DNA of 64,000 nt from Lachnospiraceae bacterium (GTDB lineage Bacteria; Bacillota; Clostridia; Lachnospirales; Lachnospiraceae), in the NCBI GenBank assembly GCA_024403415.1, contig JAKSRY010000004.1:26536-90535 (forward strand), in the 5' to 3' direction. The translations under genes were made by a program, and so were the position numbers. Below, piece after piece: positions 28,114 to 37,916 of this stretch (the stretch's first letter is position 1; each line of letters starts with the position of its first letter). The notes beneath the pieces were generated by a model. That model ran no database searches and was not told the origin of the DNA. It worked only from the letters and a program-made list of their open reading frames with translations.

Positions 28114-28827
28114 ATGATCAGGGTAGACAAATATTTAACAGACTGCGGAACAGGAACAAGAAGCGAAGTCAAAAAACTGATTCAGAAGGGGCGAATCAGT
28201 ATAAATGGAACAGTTATCAAAGATCCGGGAACAAAAATAGATCTTGATAAAGATATTGTATGCAACAATAATGAACCGGTAGTATATGAACAGTTCAGAT
28301 ATTTTATGCTGAATAAGCCCATGGGTTGTGTTAGTGCCACAAAGGACAATTTAAGTGCCACGGTGCTTGATATACTAAAAAATGAAAATACCAAAGGTCT
28401 GTTTCCGGTAGGCCGTCTTGATAAAGATACAGAGGGACTTCTTCTTATCACAAACGACGGAATGCTGGCACATAATCTTCTTTCACCTAAAAAGCATGTG
28501 GAAAAGTTATATTATGTGGAGGCAGATAAAAAACTGTCGGATGAAAACATGACAGAGATGGAAAACGGCGTTGATATAGGAGATGAGAAACTGACTTTAC
28601 CTTCCAAAATCGAATTTGTCGGTGACTCACAAAATAAATATTGTTACAATCTTTCAATTAAAGAGGGAAGATTCCATCAGGTTAAAAGGATGTTTGAAGC
28701 CTTTGGGTCAAATGTTACTTATCTTAAGAGACTGAATATGGGGTCACTTATTCTTGATGATGATTTATTACCCGGAGAATATCGGAAGCTGAGTGAAGAA
28801 GAAATTAAAAGGTTATATGCAAAATAA
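28114..28827 (+). CDS. RsuA/RluB-family rRNA pseudouridine synthase with N-terminal S4 domain
   Basis: S4 domain MIRVDKYLTDCGTGTRSEVKKLIQKGRISINGTVIKD. Catalytic VGRLDKDTEGLLLITNDG. GRFHQVKRM. Confidence 0.88.
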   Translation: MIRVDKYLTDCGTGTRSEVKKLIQKGRISINGTVIKDPGTKIDLDKDIVCNNNEPVVYEQFRYFMLNKPMGCVSATKDNLSATVLDILKNENTKGLFPVGRLDKDTEGLLLITNDGMLAHNLLSPKKHVEKLYYVEADKKLSDENMTEMENGVDIGDEKLTLPSKIEFVGDSQNKYCYNLSIKEGRFHQVKRMFEAFGSNVTYLKRLNMGSLILDDDLLPGEYRKLSEEEIKRLYAK

Positions 28828-28865
28828 ATGTCGACAATCTTTTGATTGTCATATAAATTGCCGAT

Positions 28866-29078
28866 ATGATGCCGATTAAGGGTGTAATGGAATATATCAA
28901 AGACTCAGGTAATGCTGCAAACCTGACACAGTGGAAGGGAGAACATAATCAGAACCCTGATTATGCATTAACGATGGATAATATATTTGCATCCTGGATT
29001 AATCTGTTTTTCTTTGCAATACTGTTTGTAATAATAGCAGTAGTTTTCCTTGAAAGGATAGACAAAGATAAGAGATAA
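28866..29078 (+). CDS. Small hypothetical tail-anchored membrane protein (70 aa)
   Basis: ORF with C-terminal TM WINLFFFAILFVIIAVVFL followed by ERIDKDKR. A good intrinsic terminator follows. No family recognised; it could be a remnant. Confidence 0.3.
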   Translation: MMPIKGVMEYIKDSGNAANLTQWKGEHNQNPDYALTMDNIFASWINLFFFAILFVIIAVVFLERIDKDKR

Positions 29079-29100
29079 TTCATTGTATCTTCAGTATGGT

Positions 29101-29133
29101 ATGGCGTTGACAATTCTGTTGACGCCATTTTTT
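29101..29133 (+). terminator. Intrinsic terminator
   Basis: ATGGCGT ... ACGCCAT stem followed by TTTTTT. Confidence 0.7.
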
Positions 29134-29186
29134 ATATACTTTTTATATTTCTTTAGTAATTCTTTCTAAATAATCGGATTTATTCA

Positions 29187-29195
29187 TGCTATACT
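29187..29195 (+). promoter_or_regulatory. Extended -10 promoter element (TGcTATACT) directly upstream of the histidine kinase ATG
   Basis: ATGCTATACTATTTT is identical to the 15-mer upstream of dinB, with the same 6-nt spacing to the ATG (29202). No SD. Confidence 0.4.
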
Positions 29196-29201
29196 ATTTT
29201 C

Positions 29202-30365
29202 ATGGAATTAAAGACAAGAATAAAAATCACATGTGTGATAATAGTGGTGCTTCCAATTGTATTAGCTGTCATAGCATTTACTGTGATAGGTAATGTACTT
29301 GCGAATGTATATGGACTCCCTGACAGGTTAAATTCTGCAGGAGATTTTTTTACTCCGGCAGTTGGTCCAAAGCTATTCTTATATACAGCACTTGCAGTGT
29401 TTTTGATATGGGTAGTGACTGCAGTTCTTCTTGCAAGATGGATTAGCAAAGCTATGGTTAAGCCACTTAAGGACATAAATATTGCAATGGAAAAGATTGC
29501 AGAGGGGAATCTTGAGTACCGACTTCCCGAAAATCAGGAAGGAGAATTTGGAGATCTCTGTCGAAATTATGAGCAGATGCGTTTGAGATTAAAGGAGTCT
29601 GCTGATGAAAAGGTAAGGAATGAAAACCAGAATAAAGAGCTGGTCAGCAATATTTCACATGACCTTAAAACACCGATTACTTCGATTAAAGGATATGTCG
29701 AAGGAATAATGGATGGAGTTGCGGATACGCCCGAGAAGATGGATAAGTATATTAAGACTATCTATAACAAAGCAATGGATATGGATCGTCTTATCAATGA
29801 ACTTACAATTTATTCAAAGATTGACAGTAACAGAATTCCCTATCATTTTCAAAAGATAAATATTGCAGGATATTTTGGGGACTGTGTCGAGGAAGTTGGT
29901 ATAGACCTTGAACAAAAGGGAATTCAGCTTGATTATACAAATCTTGTTTCAACCAAGACAGAGATTATTGCAGATCCGGAGCAGTTAAAGAGAGTAGTTG
30001 ACAATATCATCAGTAACAGTGTCAAGTACATGGACAGATCCAAACCAGGACATATTGAAATTCGTATTCTTGATGAGAGCGATTCTGTAAGAATTGAGAT
30101 AGAAGATAATGGATTTGGAATAGCTGCCAAGGATTTACCTAATATTTTTGAAAGATTTTATCGTACCGATGCTTCGAGAAATTCTTCACAGGGTGGAAGT
30201 GGTATAGGTCTTTCGATAGTTAAAAAAATAGTCGAAGACCATGGAGGATATATTTGGGCGACTTCTAAAGAAGGAGAAGGCACCTGTATGCACCTCGTAT
30301 TCAGAAAATATGAAGCGCCGGAATCGGGAAAGGATGTAATATATGAACAGAATATTGATAATTGA
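29202..30365 (+). CDS. Sensor histidine kinase (two TM helices with a short loop, HAMP, HisKA, HATPase_c)
   Basis: H-box SNISHDLKTPITSIKGY, N-box DNIISNSVKY, G1 EDNGFGI, G2 GGSGIGLSIV. Extracytoplasmic loop is only about 25 aa. Confidence 0.9.
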   Translation: MELKTRIKITCVIIVVLPIVLAVIAFTVIGNVLANVYGLPDRLNSAGDFFTPAVGPKLFLYTALAVFLIWVVTAVLLARWISKAMVKPLKDINIAMEKIAEGNLEYRLPENQEGEFGDLCRNYEQMRLRLKESADEKVRNENQNKELVSNISHDLKTPITSIKGYVEGIMDGVADTPEKMDKYIKTIYNKAMDMDRLINELTIYSKIDSNRIPYHFQKINIAGYFGDCVEEVGIDLEQKGIQLDYTNLVSTKTEIIADPEQLKRVVDNIISNSVKYMDRSKPGHIEIRILDESDSVRIEIEDNGFGIAAKDLPNIFERFYRTDASRNSSQGGSGIGLSIVKKIVEDHGGYIWATSKEGEGTCMHLVFRKYEAPESGKDVIYEQNIDN

Positions 30366-31032
30366 AGATGAAGAAGCAATTGCAGAACTCGAAAAGGACT
30401 ATCTGGAATTAAGTGATTTTGAAGTATGTATAAAGAACAATGGAACCGATGGTTTGGATGCTGCTCTTTCAGAAAACTTTGACTTAATAGTATTGGATTT
30501 AATGCTTCCGGGAGTAGACGGGTTTGAAATATGTAAGGAAGTACGTGAAAAAAAAGATATTCCGATAATAATGGTTTCGGCCAAAAAGGAAGATATAGAC
30601 AAGATAAGAGGCCTTGGTCTTGGTGCGGATGATTACATGACAAAGCCCTTTAGTCCAAGTGAGCTTGTAGCCAGAGTAAAAGCTCATCTTGCAAGATACG
30701 AAAGACTTGTTTCGTCATCAACCGTATCAAATGATATAATTGAAATACGTGGTATTAAAATAGATAAAACTGCAAGACGAGTATGGATAGATGGTGAGGA
30801 AAAGGCATTTACAGGAAAAGAATTTGATTTACTGACATTCCTTGCAGAGCATCCAAACCATGTATATTCAAAGGACGAACTTTTCAGGGAAATCTGGGAT
30901 ATGGATTCAATCGGAGACATAGCAACAGTTACAGTCCATATCAAAAAGATAAGAGAAAAGGTAGAATATGACAGTACAAACCCTCAATACATTGAAACTA
31001 TTTGGGGTGTAGGATACAGATTTAAAGTGTAA
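30343..31032 (+). CDS. OmpR/PhoB-family response regulator
   Basis: ILIIEDEEAI, DLIVLDLMLPGVDG, MTKPF, winged-helix end IETIWGVGYRF. Overlaps the kinase gene by 23 nt. Confidence 0.92.
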   Translation: MNRILIIEDEEAIAELEKDYLELSDFEVCIKNNGTDGLDAALSENFDLIVLDLMLPGVDGFEICKEVREKKDIPIIMVSAKKEDIDKIRGLGLGADDYMTKPFSPSELVARVKAHLARYERLVSSSTVSNDIIEIRGIKIDKTARRVWIDGEEKAFTGKEFDLLTFLAEHPNHVYSKDELFREIWDMDSIGDIATVTVHIKKIREKVEYDSTNPQYIETIWGVGYRFKV

Positions 31033-31034
31033 CA

Positions 31035-31733
31035 ATGAAAAATATAGTATACGAAGACAATCAGATATTGGTAGTATTTAAGCCCGCAGGAATAGCAACC
31101 CAGACATCAAGAATAGGGCAGCAGGATATGGTTTCGGAGCTTAAAAACTATCTGGCAGGAAAAGATAAAAATAACAGAGAACCATACCTTGGACTTGTTC
31201 ACAGGCTGGACCAGCCGGTGAGCGGTCTTTTGGTTTTTGCAAAAACAAAGTCGGCAGCAGCTTCACTTTCTCATCAGATAGATAACGGGCAAATGAGGAA
31301 ATATTATTATGCCATTGTTCTCGGAAGACCTAAGGAACAGACAGATGTTCTGGTTGATTATCTTTACAAGGACGGAAGAACAAACAAAAGCTTTGTTGTC
31401 GAAAAATCCTTTCCGGAAGCCAAAAAAGCTTCTTTGGAGTACAGGAGTATGAAGACACTTGTAGCTCTTGAAGATAATGTTGAGGCGACACTTCTTGAAA
31501 TCAAGTTGCTGACAGGACGTCATCATCAGATAAGAGTACAGTTGTCAAATGCCGGAATGCCTATACTTGGTGATGGAAAGTATGGTAGTATTGATTCAAA
31601 GGATTTTAGCAGTAAGGCCTGTAGAGGGTTGGCACTTTGTGCTCACAGATTATGTTTCAGACATCCCGTTACAGGCAAAGAATTAACCTTTGAAAGGGAT
31701 CCGGAAGATGAAATTTACGAAGCCTTCCTTTAA
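31035..31733 (+). CDS. RluA-family pseudouridine synthase (no S4 domain)
   Basis: HRLDQPVSGLLVFAKT catalytic Asp motif, GRHHQIRVQL. Confidence 0.85.
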   Translation: MKNIVYEDNQILVVFKPAGIATQTSRIGQQDMVSELKNYLAGKDKNNREPYLGLVHRLDQPVSGLLVFAKTKSAAASLSHQIDNGQMRKYYYAIVLGRPKEQTDVLVDYLYKDGRTNKSFVVEKSFPEAKKASLEYRSMKTLVALEDNVEATLLEIKLLTGRHHQIRVQLSNAGMPILGDGKYGSIDSKDFSSKACRGLALCAHRLCFRHPVTGKELTFERDPEDEIYEAFL

Positions 31734-33294
31734 TAAAATAGATCCGAAGGCATTAACGACTTTTATTTCAACAGTCTACTTAATTGTATTCTTTCTGATA
31801 TATCCGCTATTTATGAAAAGTGGATATGTCAATATCAGTTATGACAAATATACATTCTTCATATATAGTTCGCTGGTAGCAATTCTGTTATTACTTGTAA
31901 CAGGTCTGTTTTTGCTATTCAGGGAACTAAACAGGATTCTTATTACAGATTTCTTTGTTCTTATATTTATCCTTTTAAGTACAATTTCATTTCTTTTATC
32001 CAGTTACCGACAGGATGGCTTAAACTCAGTTCTCGGAGCGGAAGGCTGGTATATGGGGTATCTCACGATTCTGGTTATGTGTGTGCTCTATTTTTTGATT
32101 TCGAGATTGTGGTTATTTGAAAAGATAGTAGTTTACGCCATCTTTATCGGTTCATTCCTGGTATATTTGCTGGGAATTCTTGACAGATATTCTCTTTATA
32201 TAATTCCCCTTGAGGTAAGAAACTCTTCCTTTATTTCTACATTGGGAAATATCAACTGGTTTATGGGATTTTATTCCGTAATAACACCGCTTGGCGTAGT
32301 GTTGTTTCTTCTTGAGCTTAAAAAATCGCATGAAAACGGGATTATTTCGCTTAATGCAAAGCTTTTGGCTGTCTATGTATTCGTGGCTTTCCTTGCAGGC
32401 TTTGCTCAGGGCAGTGATGGCATAGTACTTTTTGATGCAGCTCTGTTTGTATGCATCCTTTGCCTTGTGAGAAGCAGAAGAATATATCTTGAGCATTCCT
32501 GTCTGGTATTTCTCATGTGGGCGCTGTCACAGATTATATTTGTACTTATGATGCATTTTCCCGGACTGGATTATAACTATGAAATATCCGGTATTTATCG
32601 ACTTCTTACAAATATATATATTGCACCGATAGTAGTCGTGCTTGTATTACTTACATATTTATTTATCAGAAATAAGGTTCGTAAAGGTCATGATGTAAGC
32701 ATAACTAAAAAGAGAATGGCCGGTGTCGTACTGGGCATATTTTTCAGTTTGACAGTTTTGTGGCTTGTAGTGTGTATTATTAATACAAATACAGGATTCA
32801 TTGATGAAAATAGCGGTTATTTAAGCTTTGACAGACACTTTGCATCCGGCAGAGGTGAAACTATATGGGCAGGTACTGAAGCTTTTAAAAATTCCGGTGT
32901 CAGGGAAAAGCTGATAGGTGCAGGCCCTGATATGTTTGACTTAAAAGTTTATTCCATTGAATCAGTTTCCTCAGAACTGAAAAGAGTCTGGCCTAATGAC
33001 AGACTTACCAATGCACACAGTGAGATTCTGACAATCCTGGTTAATCAGGGTATTCTCGGAATTATAACTTATATTGGAATATTTATTTCCTATATTATAC
33101 TTATATTCAAGGGTTCGAAGAATGTTTCTAAAAAAGATATTCCGGGCTTTTCTCTTGCTGTGGCAGTATCGGTTATATGCTATCTTTCACATAATCTTAT
33201 GTCTTTTTCACAGATTCTCAGCACTCCCTTTATATTTATAATAATGGGAATGGGAGTGTCAGCCGTTCATAAGAATAATTCCACAGGAGAATGA
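31708..33294 (+). CDS. O-antigen ligase/polymerase-like (Wzy_C) polytopic membrane protein
   Basis: More than 10 TM helices and an extracytoplasmic loop ending in NAHSEILTILVNQGILG, typical of the O-antigen ligase family. ATG at 31708 preferred over TTG at 31690. Confidence 0.65.
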   Translation: MKFTKPSFNKIDPKALTTFISTVYLIVFFLIYPLFMKSGYVNISYDKYTFFIYSSLVAILLLLVTGLFLLFRELNRILITDFFVLIFILLSTISFLLSSYRQDGLNSVLGAEGWYMGYLTILVMCVLYFLISRLWLFEKIVVYAIFIGSFLVYLLGILDRYSLYIIPLEVRNSSFISTLGNINWFMGFYSVITPLGVVLFLLELKKSHENGIISLNAKLLAVYVFVAFLAGFAQGSDGIVLFDAALFVCILCLVRSRRIYLEHSCLVFLMWALSQIIFVLMMHFPGLDYNYEISGIYRLLTNIYIAPIVVVLVLLTYLFIRNKVRKGHDVSITKKRMAGVVLGIFFSLTVLWLVVCIINTNTGFIDENSGYLSFDRHFASGRGETIWAGTEAFKNSGVREKLIGAGPDMFDLKVYSIESVSSELKRVWPNDRLTNAHSEILTILVNQGILGIITYIGIFISYIILIFKGSKNVSKKDIPGFSLAVAVSVICYLSHNLMSFSQILSTPFIFIIMGMGVSAVHKNNSTGE

Positions 33295-33450
33295 AATACA
33301 GACCGAAGATTTTAAGGGTTTTTGAACCCTTTGTGGTGCTTTACATTTGAGGTCTAATTAGCTAAAATATACTATGTATATCTTTATGTATATTTATGAA
33401 AAATATATAAATAATTCCCCGTTTTACGGGGTCTATTGAGGAGAAAAGCA

Positions 33451-34887
33451 ATGGCAGAAAAGAAGTTGGTTGAAGCAATTACTTCCATGAGTGAAGATTT
33501 TGCACAATGGTACACAGACGTAGTTAAAAAGGCGGAACTTATCGATTATTCCAATGTTAAGGGTTGTATGGTTATTAAGCCCGCCGGTTATGCAATCTGG
33601 GAAAACATCCAGAGAGAACTTGACAGACGTTTTAAGGAAACAGGTGTAGAAAATGTATATATGCCTATGTTCATTCCTGAAAGTCTTCTTCAGAAGGAAA
33701 AGGATCATGTTGAAGGTTTTGCACCTGAGGTTGCATGGGTAACTCACGGTGGACTTAATCCCCTTCAGGAGAGAATGTGTGTAAGACCCACTTCGGAAAC
33801 TTTATTCTGTGATTTTTATAAGGGAGATATTCATTCTTACAGAGATCTTCCAAAGGTATATAACCAGTGGTGTTCTGTAGTTCGTTGGGAAAAGGAAACT
33901 CGTCCTTTCCTTCGTTCAAGAGAGTTCTTGTGGCAGGAAGGTCATACAGCTCATGCTACAGAAGAGGAAGCTGTTGAACGTACAGAACAGATGCTTAATG
34001 TTTATGCTGATTTCTGTGAAGAGGTTCTTGCCATTCCTGTAATCAAAGGAAGAAAGACTGACAAGGAGAAGTTTGCAGGTGCTGCCGCTACTTATACTAT
34101 TGAAGCATTAATGCATGACGGAAAGGCTCTTCAGTCAGGTACCTCACATAATTTCTCTACAGGATTTGCAGAAGCATTTGGTATTCAGTACACAGACAAT
34201 GAGAATAAGCTTCAGTATGTACACCAGACCTCGTGGGGAATGTCAACACGTATTATCGGAGCTATTATTATGGTTCATGGTGATGATTCAGGACTTGTAC
34301 TTCCTCCTATGATTGCGCCTACACAGATTACAGTTATTCCTATTCAGCAGAAGAAGGAAGGCGTTCTTGATAAGGCATATGAATTAAAGAATATGCTTGC
34401 AGGCAAAGGCTTCAGAGTTAAGGTTGATGATACAGATAAATCTCCGGGATATAAGTTCAGCGAACAGGAAATGCGTGGTATTCCTATGAGAATTGAGATA
34501 GGACCTAAGGATATCGAGAATGGTAAGTGTATCATCTGCAGAAGAGATACCCGCGAAAAGATAGAAGTAAGCCTTGATGAACTTGCTGCCAAGGTTGAAG
34601 AACTTATGCCACAGATTCAGAAGGATATGTTTGACAGAGCCAAGGCTCATCTTGAAGAGCACACATATGAAGCTCATAACAAGGAAGAGTTTGTGGATGT
34701 ATTTGCCAATAAGTCAGGATTTGTTAAGGCAATGTGGTGTGGAGAAACTGCATGTGAAGAGCAGATTAAGGAAGATATGGCAGTTACTTCAAGATGTATT
34801 CCTTTTGAGCAGAGCTGTCTGTCAGATACCTGTGCTTATTGTGGAAAGAAAGCCCAGAAGATGGTGTACTGGGGAAGAGCATATTAA
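33451..34887 (+). CDS. proS: Prolyl-tRNA synthetase, archaeal/eukaryote-like type (no editing insertion)
   Basis: [20 protein letters not shown], class II motifs, C-terminal Zn-type [18 protein letters not shown] ending in Tyr. GAGGAG SD before the ATG at 33451. Confidence 0.92.
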   Translation: MAEKKLVEAITSMSEDFAQWYTDVVKKAELIDYSNVKGCMVIKPAGYAIWENIQRELDRRFKETGVENVYMPMFIPESLLQKEKDHVEGFAPEVAWVTHGGLNPLQERMCVRPTSETLFCDFYKGDIHSYRDLPKVYNQWCSVVRWEKETRPFLRSREFLWQEGHTAHATEEEAVERTEQMLNVYADFCEEVLAIPVIKGRKTDKEKFAGAAATYTIEALMHDGKALQSGTSHNFSTGFAEAFGIQYTDNENKLQYVHQTSWGMSTRIIGAIIMVHGDDSGLVLPPMIAPTQITVIPIQQKKEGVLDKAYELKNMLAGKGFRVKVDDTDKSPGYKFSEQEMRGIPMRIEIGPKDIENGKCIICRRDTREKIEVSLDELAAKVEELMPQIQKDMFDRAKAHLEEHTYEAHNKEEFVDVFANKSGFVKAMWCGETACEEQIKEDMAVTSRCIPFEQSCLSDTCAYCGKKAQKMVYWGRAY

Positions 34888-34914
34888 TTTGTAAGTTAAT
34901 GTTTTCGGTGAAAT

Positions 34915-35703
34915 ATGTCTGATTTAACAAAAGAGAGTAAAAATCGAATATTGATTGTTGATGATGATCCGGAATTTTTAGATTTGATGCGTAAGTATCT
35001 GGATGACGATTATATTGTTGGAACAATAGCTTATGGTAAGTTTGCTGTGGATTATATCAGAGAGTATCCGACAGATCTTGTCATCATGGATGTAGTAATG
35101 CCCACGATGGATGGCTTTGAGACTCTTAAAAATATCAGAGAATCAAAGGAAGGAGCAGAGATTCCTGTAATTTTCATCACGGGTAAGAGCACGAGGAATA
35201 CAGTTCTTGATTCAATAAATGTTGGTGTGGATGCTTATCTGCTTAAGCCGATTACCAGGCAGAATCTCACTGCCAAGATAGAAGATATTCTGAGAATCAA
35301 AAATTCCATGACGTTAAAGAAGACTATTTTGACGGTGGATGATGATGTTACTTATCTTAAGATAATTAACAATTCCTTAAAAGATGTATTTAACGTAATC
35401 ATGCTGAATAGTGTTGCCATGGCAAACAGTTATCTGAGTAATCATAAACCTGATGTTGTTATACTTGATTATCAGATGGCAGAAAACGGTGGAACCATTC
35501 TCCTTAATTCTATTAAGAGTAACCCTGAATTTAAGGAAGTTCCGGTAATTATGATGGCAGGACTTGACGATAAATCTATCGCCACCACTGATATGAAGGC
35601 AAAACCAAACCGATTTTTGATAAAGCCAATCAGTAAGCTTGATCTGATGAGAATTATCATTTCGAGTCTGAATGATTTTGGCAAAAATATAAGGCCTGAA
35701 TAA
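34915..35703 (+). CDS. Response regulator made of two tandem receiver domains, no output domain
   Basis: REC1: ILIVDDDPEF, DLVIMDVVMPTMDG, YLLKPI. REC2: ILTVDDDVTY, DVVILDYQMAENGG, FLIKPI. Confidence 0.85.
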   Translation: MSDLTKESKNRILIVDDDPEFLDLMRKYLDDDYIVGTIAYGKFAVDYIREYPTDLVIMDVVMPTMDGFETLKNIRESKEGAEIPVIFITGKSTRNTVLDSINVGVDAYLLKPITRQNLTAKIEDILRIKNSMTLKKTILTVDDDVTYLKIINNSLKDVFNVIMLNSVAMANSYLSNHKPDVVILDYQMAENGGTILLNSIKSNPEFKEVPVIMMAGLDDKSIATTDMKAKPNRFLIKPISKLDLMRIIISSLNDFGKNIRPE

Positions 35704-35723
35704 GGCTGTAAAAGGGGTAATAG

Positions 35724-37916
35724 ATGGGGTTATTTGATACTAAAAAATCAAATAAAGAAAAATATATGAAGGAGACAATACTTAAAAGTCTTCTTGATAA
35801 TGTTGTGGATGGAGTAATTGCGGCCGATGAGAACGCAGAAATCCTCTACGCCAATGCTTTCGCGGATGAAATACTTAAATCAGGGAAGCTTGGTTCGATT
35901 GACATTATTTCAAAAAACCCCAAGACCTTTTATTACAATGATATTGAATACAGTGTGAGATATTCAGATCTTCCGGAGGATAACGGTCGGAGGGGAACAA
36001 TGGTATTCATCTATGATATTTTGAAGGAAAAGAAGAAAGATATAGAAATAGATGAACTCAAAGATAAGCTCGATGATGCAAACAAATTCAAGACAAATCT
36101 TCTTGCAAATATGTCGCATGAAATAAGAACTCCGATTCATGCAATTATCGGGTTTTCCGAAATGGTAGCAAAACAGGACATATCTGAGGATGTAAAAGGT
36201 CAGATTGATATGATTAAGGAGTCTTCTTACAGTCTTCTTGCTATTATCAATGATGTGTTAGACCTTTCAAAACTTGAATCCAAGAAAGTTGAGCTTGTAT
36301 ATTCGAATTACTATATTTCCTATATCATCAGAGATATTGAAGCTACCTTTTCTTTGTTGGCTATGAGAAAAGGCCTGAAATTTGAGATGCATTTGGATAA
36401 CAATATTCCAAGCTATATGTATGGTGATAAAATCAGAATCCGTGGAGCATTGCTTAATATACTTAATAATGCTATTAAATTCACCAAGGAAGGCACAGTT
36501 TCTTTTTCGATTCATGTGCTTGAAAAGGCAAGAGGAGTTGTTACTCTACAGTTTGTCATTAAAGATACCGGAATTGGTATTAAGGAAGAGGATCAGGGAA
36601 GAATCTTTGATTCCTTCAGTAAATTCAGTATAGACAATAATTATGGAATCGAAGGTCGTGGACTGGGACTTGCCATTGCTAAAGGCTATATGGATTTAAT
36701 GGGAGGAGTTATCGATGTCAAAAGTAAAATCGGCGAGGGCTCTGAGTTTACGGTTACTCTAACACAGAAGATAATTGATGATTCACCGGTAGACATGAAG
36801 ATTGTCAACGCCAGAAAACAGAAAAATACTGAAAAGTTTCTGATACATGATTATAAAGTGCTTGTGGTTGATGATAACTCAATCAATCTTACGGTTGCAG
36901 AAGGACTTCTGAAGACTTATGGACTTAAGGCAGATAAGGTTCAGGGAGGACGTGAAGCAATTGATATATGTAAAGATAAGGAATATGATCTTATCTTTAT
37001 GGATCAGATGATGCCCGGAGTAGATGGTATAGAGGCTATGAAGAGCATTAAACAGTTAAATGATTTTTATGCAAATACGTGTAAATATATTGTACTTACT
37101 GCTGATGCCATGGCAGGTGTAAGGGACAGACTTTTGAAGGAAGGTTTTGATGAATATCTTTGTAAGCCTCTCGAAATTCACAGGCTTGAAGAGACATTAA
37201 AGAGATTTGTTCCGGAAGAATATATTTATAAGACGATTGATGAGATTCCAAACAATATTGTTCTCGAGGAATCAAAGGCGTCGGTTATACCTGAAGATAA
37301 AAAGCCGGATGAAGTTGAATTGCTGGCAGCAGCTCTTGATATTAATCTGGATGTATTAAATAAGAAGATTAGAGATTGTGGTGGAACTCTTTCTGATTAT
37401 AAAGAAATATGTGTAATTGCATATAATCATTCAGAGGCCAAAATCAATAAGCTTAATGAATCAAAAACTATAAAAGATTATGACAGATATACAATAGAGG
37501 TTCATTCTCTGAAGAGTTCACTGGCAACTTTAGGCGCAATGGATTTGTCGCAGAAGGCCCGTATACTCGAAAATGCAGGAAAAAGCGGTAACTATGAGCT
37601 GATTGATGCAGAAGGTGATAATCTTGTTGCTGAGTATTCTGATTTCATGGCTAAAATCAGAAAGGCTATAATTGAAGACTTAACCGGTGAGCAGGCTGAG
37701 GCCGAAGAATGGTCACGTGAAGAGATTTCAAAAGTCGTCAAAAAGATGTCAGGTATGGTTGATGATTTTAACTTTGGCGGTATATTCGAGCTTATTGAGC
37801 AGATAAAGGGAATGGAAATGGGTCCTGAAACCAGGGCAACATTTGATTCTATCGCAGAAACCATGGACAATATGGATATAGACAGCTTAAAGAAACAATT
37901 AGGAGATTTGGTTTGA
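35724..37916 (+). CDS. Cytoplasmic hybrid sensor histidine kinase (PAS-like, HisKA, HATPase_c, REC, HPt)
   Basis: H-box MSHEIRTPIHAIIGF, N-box LNNAIKFT, G boxes DTGIGI and GRGLGLAIA, REC VLVVDDNSINL...DLIFMDQMMPGVDG...LCKPL, HPt VHSLKSSLATLGA. No TM helix. Confidence 0.9.
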   Translation: MGLFDTKKSNKEKYMKETILKSLLDNVVDGVIAADENAEILYANAFADEILKSGKLGSIDIISKNPKTFYYNDIEYSVRYSDLPEDNGRRGTMVFIYDILKEKKKDIEIDELKDKLDDANKFKTNLLANMSHEIRTPIHAIIGFSEMVAKQDISEDVKGQIDMIKESSYSLLAIINDVLDLSKLESKKVELVYSNYYISYIIRDIEATFSLLAMRKGLKFEMHLDNNIPSYMYGDKIRIRGALLNILNNAIKFTKEGTVSFSIHVLEKARGVVTLQFVIKDTGIGIKEEDQGRIFDSFSKFSIDNNYGIEGRGLGLAIAKGYMDLMGGVIDVKSKIGEGSEFTVTLTQKIIDDSPVDMKIVNARKQKNTEKFLIHDYKVLVVDDNSINLTVAEGLLKTYGLKADKVQGGREAIDICKDKEYDLIFMDQMMPGVDGIEAMKSIKQLNDFYANTCKYIVLTADAMAGVRDRLLKEGFDEYLCKPLEIHRLEETLKRFVPEEYIYKTIDEIPNNIVLEESKASVIPEDKKPDEVELLAAALDINLDVLNKKIRDCGGTLSDYKEICVIAYNHSEAKINKLNESKTIKDYDRYTIEVHSLKSSLATLGAMDLSQKARILENAGKSGNYELIDAEGDNLVAEYSDFMAKIRKAIIEDLTGEQAEAEEWSREEISKVVKKMSGMVDDFNFGGIFELIEQIKGMEMGPETRATFDSIAETMDNMDIDSLKKQLGDLV

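Noticed and set aside
30158-30643. 161-aa ORF antisense to the histidine kinase/response regulator junction
   Set aside because: A shadow ORF spanning two well-supported genes. Its composition is L/P/H/S-rich with no motif or start signals.
33295-33450. Possible T-box leader upstream of proS
   Set aside because: The region is only 156 nt and very AT-rich. I find no specifier loop/T-box sequence or terminator/antiterminator pair. There is just the upstream gene's hairpin (33314-33331) and a 5-bp CCCCG/CGGGG hairpin next to the SD. The TATGTATAT direct repeat (33373-33381 and 33385-33393) is low-complexity AT sequence, most simply read as promoter DNA.
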